From contig CP068257.2 of assembly GCA_009914755.4 (NCBI GenBank), positions 352,001-416,000 of the forward strand: 64,000 nt of DNA. The letters run 5' to 3'. Shown here piece by piece: positions 15,176-26,801 of the stretch. The position numbers and the translations under genes were made by a program. The notes beneath the pieces are model-generated. The model did no database searches. It saw only the letters and a program-made list of their open reading frames with translations, and was not told the DNA's origin. Within the stretch, counting starts at the first letter, position 1. Every line of letters starts with the position of its first letter. This DNA comes from the human T2T-CHM13v2.0 reference genome, Homo sapiens.

Positions 15176-17874
15176 TTTCAACTATGGTAGAAGACTCGAG
15201 TAAGGCAAATACAGTCCCCCTAAATTTGACTATTATTTAGGTTAATGGTGAGTTTAGAAGAAATAAGTTAAGACTACACAGAGTGGGCTAAAGTGCAAAT
15301 AAACACTGGAAATATTTCCCAGAAAATATGACTTTGAACAGGCTGCTGCACACCCTGCATGTAGAGATAAACTAAGAAAAAGGTGTGGAGAGTTATTTAA
15401 GGACCTATGGTTAACTCAGTCCTCAAGATGTTCCAGGTTTCATCCATGAATCAAGGAGGACCTCCAAAAAGCTGTTTGGGACCACACTCTTTGAGCAAGG
15501 AGCATACCTTACGATGGAAGCTGTGCTTTAGTGGCAGATGACCATTTCCACTGCACAAAACGCTGTGCTTTAGCGGAAGATGACCGTTTCCACTGCACAA
15601 CACTACAAGTGGTTACTGCCAGGCCGGTGTGAAATATGTTCCAGCACATAATCTATGTCACCAATGAAGGTGGTGGTTCTGACTTGGTGCACAGAAGCTT
15701 TCCTGTCCCACAAGAACACAGCATGCTCTCTTCTCGGATTCCATTCCAATCACGTAACAAATATGACTGCCTTTTTTGTCTCAGCATCAGAAAGATCAGA
15801 GGAAAATTTGCACCCAACTTAGACAACTCTAAGCTCTTATAACCTGCCTATATCTACAGGTCAGCTTTATCTTATTTATGTATATTTCCTTCAACCTGAG
15901 TTTTACTTATTTCTACTTTTCCTTTTCAATTCACAGACTCCAATAAACTCAGAAAATACAGTGTAAAACAAAGTGAAGAACAAATAAACAACTCACCAGA
16001 GATTTATTCGTTTCCTATTGCTCTTGGAAACACCCAGAGGACACTGGAAACATAGCTGGGATAGAAGGCAAATGACGTGGGTTAAGGAGAGAACTGGTGT
16101 GGTGTGGTCCCAGATTCTTCTGCCCAACACTCTAGACACATTACTTGGGAAAGCCCTCCTCCCTCCTGAAAAAGAAAAACTTCCCCATGGGAGAAGAGTC
16201 CTTCATGCCTCATTAGGGGCAACAAAGACTCAAGTTAAGATAAGATACATCTACAAGTACATTAATTGGTAGACATTAGATGCACAATTTATTTTTGAAT
16301 AAAAACATGTATTACCTACTAATTTAGTAACAATATTATCTAAAGATATAATCTAATAATTTAATACAAAGAAACATAAGTTCACTAAAATAAATGTTAT
16401 AGAAATATACTAGGCTGTATTAACTATTTTCCTATTAATATGTAGATTCCACAAATAACTTCATATGAGTGTTCCCATGACAGTACATCTTGCTTTTCTA
16501 TACCTGAACATCATGGAAAGTGCATCTTACAATCCAGCAATTTTGGCCTATAATTACGTTTTTTAAAATGTACATAATATGTATTTCCTACAGTACACCA
16601 TTCTACTCATGTTTCCCAATAACACCTTTCCTTCTATCCAAGCCCTCATATTATGCTCTGACAATAAATTGGGCTTTTCCATCTGACTTGTCCAGTGAAT
16701 GGACAATGGAAAATGTGATGCAAATATACATTGGTTCTTCCCATTTTGGACACAGTCAAATTGTGAAGAGGTCTGGAGCTACCCTGTTGGAGACACAGGG
16801 CCTAGCCAAGAGTCACCACAAACCACCAGATTGTGAAGGAAACTATCTTAAACCAACCAGACTCAGTCAAGGCACCAGGTGACTAAGGCCTTTTTGTGAT
16901 CCAGGCAACACAAATATATCAACTACCCAGCTGAATCCACCACACCAAAATGCAGATCCACAGAAATTCAAACAAATAAAATGGTGGTTTTTTATAAGCC
17001 AGTAAGGTTTAATTAGTTCCTTAAACAGCAAGTATTAACTGTTACACCTAAGTGAACAGAATTCACTTCTGTGTTTTTAACAAAATTACGTAGGGGGAGA
17101 AAATCTTAAATTACAAATCAAATATAATCAATAGAACTTCGCAATCTAATGCTAAATTTGGTGATGGACTAGGTTTAATATATCTCAGACGCTGGAAGAA
17201 ACGAGCTAAGGTTGAAGGAATGGGACTGTGTTTGGAGAGTATTTTAATCTTCTCAAGTATGACAGGTCACTCCTGTACCCCAGACCACACTTTCAGGCCC
17301 CTTCAAATAAGGAATATTTCCTAAGTCCTTGCCTGTTCTTCTCAGCTGAATTCACCTCAACCTTCTGAAGGTTCGTCCAAACCTTCTGCTATCACCTAGT
17401 CTTTGCAAATCTTGTGCATTCTAGGGAGTAGAATTAATATTTCCTGAGCGAGGAAAACTGGGTTCTTCACCTGTGACCTTTTTTCCTCCTCTGAAGCACC
17501 AGTGAGAGGTTAGACCAGATGGCTGTTCTTTCAAGTGCACTTCTTATTCATAGGGAACTCTCCCTTTCAAACTTCGTAACACACAGTTAAGACTGAAGTA
17601 CCCTTAAGGCTGACTACCATCACCCATTACACCATCTCCCTCGCGGAATCAGTGACTTCTTCCCTGGAAACTAGGTCTCGTATAAACTTCTGTAAATGCG
17701 ACCCAGGAGGACTAGGCAGGTCACACAGTGAAGGAGGGAACCAGAAACTTCACTTGCTAAAGAGACACCAGGAAACCCAACTAATACAAACGCCAAGTTT
17801 AAGACTAGAGGCGCACGCATTTCGCACTACTCCTCTGGGAATGGGGAACATCTCCTGAGAATTGTGTGTTAGCA

Positions 17875-18410
17875 CCGGGACACATGGGCAAACTGAGCGA
17901 CATGAGGGTTGGTAACCGGGTCCCTAAGCGGCAGGACAGGAGCTTGGCCTGCAGACTCCGGGCCCAGGGCCACCGGCCTCGCCTACCCGTTCCTGCGCCT
18001 CTAGAACCCGCTTCACTGCCAGGACCACACGCCTGTCATCCCAGCCCCCGCCAGGGTCCACGGCCCGCACCTGCACTTCAGGCCCTGCCCGCCCGCGATG
18101 TGCCCACGCATCTGCTCCCACAACTAGGGAACACTGGTCCGGCCCCTCGGAATCCCCCGAGACCCACGGGTTCCTCTTCGCCCTTGCACCGACCCGCAGG
18201 GACATAGAACCAAGCCCCAAGCCGGCCCAGCTACAGGACCCTCTCTGGGTGCCGCACTTCCGGAGGAAAATGGCGGAGTGGGCCGGGCAGCGCAAGCGCA
18301 GAGAGAAAAGCTGGTTCCCAAGGTCCTTGATGGTAACATCATTGGAAGGTGACACTACATTTCCCATGAGGCTCTGCGGTCCCCCGTTAGGAACCCACGC
18401 AGGACATTCT
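17875..18410. promoter_or_regulatory. CpG-island-like promoter with a ZNF143/SBS motif (ACTACATTTCCCATGAGGCTCTGCG, 18354-18378), YY1-like AAAATGGCGG (18267-18276) and an ETS/GABP core CACTTCCGG (18255-18263)
   Basis: Abrupt local rise in GC and CpG density (ccgggtccctaagcggcagg ... ccgcccgcgatgtgcccacgc ... gggccgggcagcgcaagcgcag) in an otherwise AT-rich, CpG-depleted window. The motif combination is typical of housekeeping and bidirectional promoters. A Kozak-context ATG at 18270 (aaaATGGcg) is followed by the candidate donor AAG|gtgaca at 18346. Confidence 0.55.
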
Positions 18411-18596
18411 GTTTTGCCCAGCAGTTGAGTTCAGTTACCCAGAGACCCGGACTTAATGGATCAGGACTGGTCCCTACCCAGGTGACACAGATGTGGCATT
18501 CTGGTTCTTTATTAAATCCTGGTTTCACAGCCTGGGACATTGTGAAAAAAAATGGAGAAATTTCAATAGAGGCCAATTGGTCTATGCTATTAATGA

Positions 18597-18891
<295 letters not shown>

Positions 18892-19499
18892 CTCAAGTAT
18901 ATTTTTTATAGATGCATTCGAAAGCATGAAAAAAATCATGTCTCTATTTTACTTTAAAATTTTAAAAACACAACTAATGAATATGGTAATTCTCTTCCAA
19001 TCCGTTATATTTTCTCTCACTAAACTAATTTGTGAGCCTTCAATTTACACAGTTAGAAAATATGCTCTAGTGCATATACTAGGATAAAATAACAGGGTCA
19101 TAAGACAGGTGCACTCCATAATCTTTGTGACAACTTACACTTCCAGTGTCTGATAAATATTTGCCCACAAACTCCCACGTTTCATCCATCCATCAATCAA
19201 TCAAATCTGCCTATCTTTATTTATTTATTGTGAGAAAGACCTGAAATTTGCCTTTCCTTCCCTGATTTCTGCCACAAACTAGGCAAGGAGTTCTGTCTAG
19301 GGGTTTCTCAGAGCTCCAGCTACCACTGAGGTTCCTAACAGGGAAACGCAGGCTTGAATGCTCAGGGTTGATGTGGGAGTGCGTGTGAAACGGGGGTGGG
19401 GTGAAAGGGCAGTGACGTTTGTAGGTGGGCAGATGGGGGTGTGAAGGGCTTTCAGGTAGGAGGCATGCAGGAAACTGGGAGAGGCAGTGAAAGTACCTC

Positions 19500-20120
19500 A
19501 CGCCTCAGATCACCAGAAGACGCTCCCACCAGTGCCATGACAGTTTGCCAATGCCATGGCAGCATGGGAAGTCCCCACCCCTTGCCATGGAAACAGCTGG
19601 AAGTTGTTGCCCATTTCTAGCTATTTCTGAATAACCCACCCCTTAATTAGCATGCCATTAAAAGTGAATTATAAAAATGACTACAAGCCACCCCTAGGCT
19701 GCTGCTCTGGGAGCACAACCCACGGAGGGCTCTCTGCCCTGCCGAAGTGGACGCAGGGCTGTAACACCGCCAATGCCTCTGTAGAGCTGCTTTCTTCCAC
19801 CACAGGCTTGCTTTTGGATTTCTTCCTGAGCGACGCCAAGAACCTGCCCTTCCTCAGTGTGACTCTTGCCTAAAACCTATCCCTGGTATTCTCTTTTCCT
19901 GAGCATGCCCTGACTTGTTCTTTCATCTCCTCTGATCTTGCAATTGGTCCTCAGTGACTCTATTCTGCAGATCCATAAAACTCAACCTTAATCTTCCCAG
20001 AGCCCTGTTGTCTCCAATATTGGAATCTCTAGCCTTGTTTTCTCAGACGCCTAGATTACAGGCCTCTCTCTTGAACACCTATTGGTATGGTATCTGGGGA
20101 TTCTTTAAATACACGGTGAT
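19500..20120 (+). repeat. Possible LTR-derived promoter-like repeat (repeated CCAATG/CCATGG boxes, TATAAAAATGA)
   Basis: gccaatgccatggcagcatgggaagtccccaccccttgccatggaaacag ... ttataaaaatgactacaagccacccc. Architecture resembles retroviral U3, but the family is not identified from memory. Confidence 0.25.
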
Positions 20121-20379
20121 TGGCAGGGGTTACATAGTGGAAATCAGTGCCTGACAATTCGCCTTCCAGGATATGGACTGTCATTCCCTCTCTTGGTCCC
20201 CCTCAGTCTCTTATCCATAAAAGTAGAGATTGTAATACTCATTTGAATTGCAGATACCTCAACCCGAACCCACCTAACATAATGTAAAAGCCAAGAATGC
20301 AACCCCTTTCCTCACCCCGTGAAGGTAAAGCTCTCAGAGCCAAGGAGAGAAGGCTCAGGGATGGTATCTGGGTGTTTCC

Positions 20380-20760
20380 AATGCTAACCATGTATTGTAG
20401 TTTTTAGTGTGCAAGTTTAAGCTTCCCCAGCTTTAATTCTATTGTAACAAGATTTATTTTTGTAATTCCATTTTTGGATTCTTGATTTATTGGTAAAGAA
20501 AGAAATACAGTTATTTTTGTATACCAATCTTATATAGTGTTACATTCTTAAATTTGTTCATGAGTCCTAACACTTTTTAGTAAATTTCTTATGATTTTCT
20601 AAATGCAAGATCATGTCATCTGTACATAAAGACAACTGTACTTCTTCCTTTGCAATCTAGATGCCGTTTATTTATTTACGTTGCCAAGTTGTCCCAGCTA
20701 CCACTGTTATCAAGTAAAAGGGTCTCACTGCCCAAAGCACAAGAAGCCGGTACCATGACA
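20380..20760 (-). mobile_element. Old L1 (L1M/L1P) ORF2 fragment, antisense
   Basis: tcatgtcatctgtacataaagacaactgtacttcttcctttgcaatctagatgccgtttatttatttacgttgcc is homologous to the antisense ORF2 stretch of the young L1 at ~28490-28600. Confidence 0.45.
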
Positions 20761-20812
20761 CTGAGTTTTCGAGAAAAGAAAAAGTTTAAAGTCAAACCAA
20801 AACCTATGGGGT

Positions 20813-21131
<319 letters not shown>

Positions 21132-21560
21132 CTATGGGATAAAGTAAAAATAGTACTACAGTACTAAGAGGTAAGTTTATAGAAAAAAGCACCTACATCA
21201 AAAAAAAGTAGAAAAGCTTCAAATAAACAACTTAATAATGCATCTTAAATAATTAGAAAAGCAAGAGCAAACCAAAACCAAAATTAGTAGAAGGAAACAT
21301 AGCAAAGATCGGAGCAGAAATAAATGAAATTGAAATTTAAAAATATAAAATATCAATGAAATGAAAAGTTAATATTTTTTAAAAGACCAACAAAGTCAAC
21401 AAACATTTAACCAGACTAAGAAAAAAGAGAGAAGAATCAAATACATAAAGCCAGAGATTAAAGAGGAGACACTATAACTGATACTGTGGAAATTCAAAGA
21501 ATCATTAGAAACTATTATGACCGACTATATTCCAATAAATTGAAAAACCTGGAAGAAATG

Positions 21561-21854
<294 letters not shown>

Positions 21855-23228
21855 CTAGAAGAAATGGATAAATGAAATTGAAGCCATAATAAAACATCTC
21901 CTAGCAAAGAAAAGCCTGGATTCAATGGCTTTACTGGCTTCACTGATTAATTTTACCAAACATTGAAGGCAGAATTACTATCAATCCTACTCAAACTATT
22001 CCAAAAAACAGAGAAGGCTGTAGTATTTCCAAACTCATCCTATGAAAAAGACCATTCATCATGTCTAAGTGGGATTTATCCCGAGGATGCCAACATAGTT
22101 CAACATATGCAAATCAATAAAGGTGACACATCATATCAACAGAATGAAGGACAAAAACCATATGATAATTTCAATTGATGCTAAAAAGCATTTAATAAAA
22201 TTCAACATCCCTGTGATAAAAAGAAACCCTCAAAAAAAACTAGATATAGAAGGAACATACCACAACACAATAAAAACCATATGCAACAGACCCACAGCTA
22301 GTATCATCCTGAACAGGGAAAAGCTGAAAGCCTTTCTTCTAAGATCTGGAACAAGACAAGAATGTCCACTTCCAACACTGTTACTCAACATAGTACTGGA
22401 AGTCCTAGCTAGAGCAATTCAGACAAGAGAAAAACAATAAAAGGGATCCAAATTAGAAAGAAGTAAAATTATTACTGTTTTCTTGTTTGCAGATGATTTG
22501 ATCTTATATTTGGAAAAACCTAAGGACTCCACCAAAAAACTATTAGAACTGATCAACAAATTCAGAGTCACAGGATACAAAATCAAACTACAAAAGTCAG
22601 TAGCATTTCTAAATGACAAAAATGAACAATCTAAAGAAGAAAATCAAGAATGTAATCCCATTTACAATAACTACAAATAAAATAAAATATATGGGAATAA
22701 ACATAACAGAAGAAGTGAAAGATCTCTACAATGAAAACTATAAAACATCAATGCAAAAAAATTAAAGAGGACACCAAAAAAAAAAAAAAAGGAAAGATAG
22801 TCCATGTTCATTGATTGGAAGAGTAAATATTGTTAAAATACCCATACTTCACAAAGCGATCTACAGATTCAATGCAATCTCTATTGAAATACTAATAACA
22901 CTCTTCACAGAAATAGAAAAAAATTCCTAAAATTTATACGAAACCATAAAAGACCCAGAATACCAAAAGCCATCCTGAGCAAAAAGAACAATACTGGAAG
23001 AATCACATCACCTGACTTTAAATTATAGTACAGAGCAATTGTAAACAAAACACCATGGTACTGGCATAAAACAGACACATAGACCAATGGAACAGAATAG
23101 AGAACCCAGAAATAAATCCATACATTTACAATTAACTCATTTTCAATGAAGGTGCCAAGAATATACATGGGGGAGAGGATAGTCTCTTCAACAAATTGTG
23201 CTGGGAAAACTAGATATTCATTGGCAGA

Positions 23229-23498
23229 TTTTTTTTTTTTTTTTTTTGAGATGGAGTCTAGCTCTGTTGCTCAGGCTGGAGTGCAGTGGCGCGATCTGGG
23301 CTCACTGCAAGCTCCACCTCCCGGGTTCACACCATTCTCCTCCTCAGCCTCCCAAGTAGCTGGGAGTACAGGCGCCCGCCACCATGCCTGGCTAATTTTT
23401 TTTTTTTGTATTTTTAGTAGAGACGGAGTTTCACCATGTTAACCAGGATGGTCTCGATCTCCTGCCCCCATGATCTGCCCACCTCGGCCTCCCAAAGT
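23229..23498 (-). mobile_element. Alu, - orientation, truncated at its 5' end; TSD cattggcaga
   Basis: Poly-T then gagatggagtctagctctgttgctcaggctggagtgcagtggcgcgatctgggctcactgcaagctccacctcccgggttcacaccattctcc ... cctcggcctcccaaagt. attcattggcaga precedes the element and cattggcagaat follows. Confidence 0.9.
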
Positions 23499-23930
23499 CA
23501 TTGGCAGAATAATTAAGAATAATTAAACTAGAACCCCCTCTTGCACTATATACAAAAATCAAATCCAAATGGGTTAAAGACTTAAATCAAAGACACGAAA
23601 CTACTAAAAGTAAACATTAGGGAAACTCTCCAGGAAATTGGTCTTGGCACAGATTTCTTGAGTAATACTCCAAAAGCTCAGGCAACCAAAGCTAAAATGA
23701 ACAAGTGGTATCACATCAAGTTCAAAAGTTTCTGCATAGTAAAGAAAACAATGGGCAAAGTGAAAAGACAATCCACAGAATGGAAGAAAATATTTGCAAA
23801 CTATATATCTGACAAGGGATTAAAAACCAGAATATATAAGGAGCCCAAACAACTCTATAAGAAAAAAACTAACAATCCAATTATTTAAATGGGCAAAAGA
23901 TCTGAACAGACATTTCTCAAAAGAAGGCAC

Positions 23931-24225
23931 CCAGGTCAGGCGCAGTGGCTCACACCTGTAATTCCAGCACTTTGGGGAGCCAAGACGGGTGGGACACTTG
24001 AGCCCAGGAGTTCAAGACCAACCTGAACAACATAGCAAATAATTTTAAAAACTACCTGGGCATGGTGATGCCTGCCTGTGGTCCCAGCTACTCAGGAGGC
24101 TGAGGTGGGAGGATTGCTTGAACCCTGGCAGTCAACATTACATTAAGCCGTGGTCATACCACTGCACTCCAGCCTGGGCGACAGAGTGACACGCTGTCTC
24201 AAAAAATGAACAAAAACAAAAAAGA
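23931..24225 (+). mobile_element. Older Alu (AluJ/S-like), + orientation, TSD aaaagaag
   Basis: ccaggtcaggcgcagtggctcacacctgtaattccagcactttggggagccaagacgggtgggacacttgagcccaggagttcaagaccaacctg ... More diverged than neighbouring Alus. caaaagaaggcac precedes it and aaaaagaagatat follows. Confidence 0.85.
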
Positions 24226-24877
24226 AGATATATAAATGTCAAATAGGTATATGAAAAGATGCTCAATATCATTGATCATCAGAGAAATTGAAATCAAAAC
24301 TACAATAAGATAGCAACTTACCCCATTAAAATGGCTTTTATGCAAAAGACAGGCAATAACAAATGCTTTCAAGAATGTGGGGAAAAGGGAACTCTCTTAC
24401 TCTGTTGGTGGGAATGTAAATTAGTATATTCACTATGGAGAAAAATATGGAGGTCCCTCAAAAAATTAAAAATAGAACTATCATATGATACAGCAATCCC
24501 ACTGCTGGGTATATACCCAAGAGAGGGAAAATTAGTATATCAAAGAGATATCTGCATTCCCATATTTATTTCAGCACTACTCATAATAACCAAGATTTGG
24601 AAGCAACCTAAGTGTGCATCAACAGATGAAGGGATAAAGAAAATGTAGTACATATACACAAGGGAGTACTCTTCGGCCATGAAAAAGAATAAGATTCTGT
24701 CATTTGCAACAACATGGATGGAACTAGAGGACATTATGTTAAGTAAAATGAGCCAGGCACAGAAAGACAGACTTTACATGTTCTCACTCATTTGTGGGAG
24801 CTAAAAATTAAAACAATTGAACTCATCAAGATAGAGAGTAGACTGAGAGTTTCCAGAGGCTGGGAAGAGTAGTGGTG

Positions 24878-25412
24878 TTACGGGATCTTTGGGGTGTTAC
24901 TTTTCTGGACAGAAACCTCTATGGCTGGTGGCACCTTTGCCCGAGCTTTGCTGGGCCCTGCACACTCAGCCTGGCAGGCTGTGCTCAGCTCATGCTACCA
25001 CGTTGGATCCCATGCCTGCCAAGGGAGACTGCGTGGAGTGGCAAGGGGTGTGTGAGTGAGCATGGGGTCTGGCCACTGTGCAGTCAGATCTGCTGGCTGC
25101 TGCAGTGGGGCAGGTGGCTCCAAGTGCCAACACGGGCGCCAGCTCTCCACAAGGCTGTGGCTGGACCACGGGCACCTCAACCAGCTTCCATAGCTGGCAC
25201 ACTGGGAACACAGTGGCACCCAGAATCTTGGAGATATCAGGAACCAAAGGGCCCCAAAGAAGGACCTGGCTCGGGAAGCTCCCAGGTCTGGGCTCCCCAA
25301 AGGGCCACAGCTCTTCTTTCCTTCTCTTTGCCCACAATGTGGTGAGCAAGGGGCATGTCTCAGCCCTGTTTGTGTTACAGCTCTTTCAGCCTCTTCCCTA
25401 GGATTTGTCATA
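24878..25412 (-). repeat. Unclassified ~540 bp interspersed repeat, copy 2 (inverted relative to 1738-2290)
   Basis: Reverse complement aligns end-to-end with 1738-2290. Abuts the truncated 3' end of the old L1 at 24870. Confidence 0.55.
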
Positions 25413-26801
25413 ATTAATTCCCATATCATCTTATTTTTTACATGTGTTTGAACTTCAGAAGATGTATGGATCTAAACACAACATGATGTGTTAGCTAGCT
25501 GCCATATGAGCTTCTCCCTGTTTCACCACTATGTAGCCTAAAGTTATTCCGTCATCCATGACTATCCTGTCTAAAGAGTCTGAAGATCTTTATTTGGTAG
25601 CTATGGCTTCAGCTAGTTCATTTGCTAAGTTACCTAGAGTGGTTGACAGATTTCTAATTATACGTTCATGAGAGGTTACTCCCCACCATTGCAAGAGACT
25701 TCTGCCAAACATAGGCCAAAATTCATCTCCTTGGTTTGCAGGTACAGTTTGTCTAATCCTGGAAAATAATTTCAATGAACTACTTCAGCGTTCAGAAACA
25801 TTGGAGTTATAAATAGAAAGAGGAAGAGCCACATAACCTAATAGACAATTACCTCTCATATGCCAGTGGTCAACACATTCATAAGCCCATGTGTGCTTGA
25901 TCCAGGGACCACACAGGGTCCCTGATGGATTCTGAAATTTAAGGCTTTGGATTACTGGTAACAGAGACATGTTAAAGTACATGTCTTCAGTCTTGAGTAG
26001 AGTGTAATCAGTCTGATTTCTTTTTTTTTTAACGAGACAAACATGAGGTAAAGACCTTGACAAGAAGGAAGAGAAATCCCGAGATTCTATAATCATAATA
26101 ATCGAATTGTAATTGCTAGTTTAAGTAGTCCTTCAAAAATACATCTCATTCCTGACAGGATAAAACAAGTTTTATAAAATATATTATATCTGGGTTCACT
26201 AGGGAACACTTGGAGCCAGGAAATAATTCAGGATTCAGACCAAATTATAGGCAAATAATAAAAACTCAGAAAAAATGATCAGGGCTGGAATCTAATAGCA
26301 TATGTCACAGTTTTCTTTTGGAACATAAATTTTCTCTCTCTAGTCCATCATTTTATCAAAGACAAATCATAGTAGGACAAATTTCTGTGCAAAATAAGTT
26401 TTAGTCTTATCATACCTGGCCTGATTATTTGCATAAAGTGCAGCAAGAATATGTATTGACCATATAGGCTTCTTAAAATTGGCTTTGTTGGAACTATTTA
26501 ATAAGGAATCTTAGACTTTTAAAAGCCTTGAGACTAGCCAAGTCAAAGATTTGCATCATACTGTGTCTGTAATACTTTTTTTAACCTACTTTTTTTTTAT
26601 TATACTTTAAGTTGTGGGGTACACGTGCAGAATGCACAGGTTTGTTACATAGGTATACATGTGCTGTGGTGGTTTGCTGCACCCATCAACCCATCACCTA
26701 TATTAGGTATTTGTCCTAATGCTTTCCCTCCCCCCGCCCCCACCCCCCAACACGCCCCAGTGTGTGATGTTCCCCTCCCTGTGTCCTTGTGTTCTCGTTG
26801 T

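Noticed and set aside
17924-18367. 147-aa minus-strand ORF ([16 protein letters not shown]...) and 72-aa ORF across the CpG island
   Set aside because: High GC content suppresses stop codons. There is no codon periodicity or domain, so it is more likely promoter or 5'UTR sequence than CDS. The region is kept only as a regulatory call.
24872-25429. ORFs 24872-25345 (+), 24990-25349 (-), 24995-25429 (-) and 25078-25401 (+)
   Set aside because: Same explanation as 1738-2290. This is the inverted copy of a repeat, GC-rich, with ORFs on both strands.
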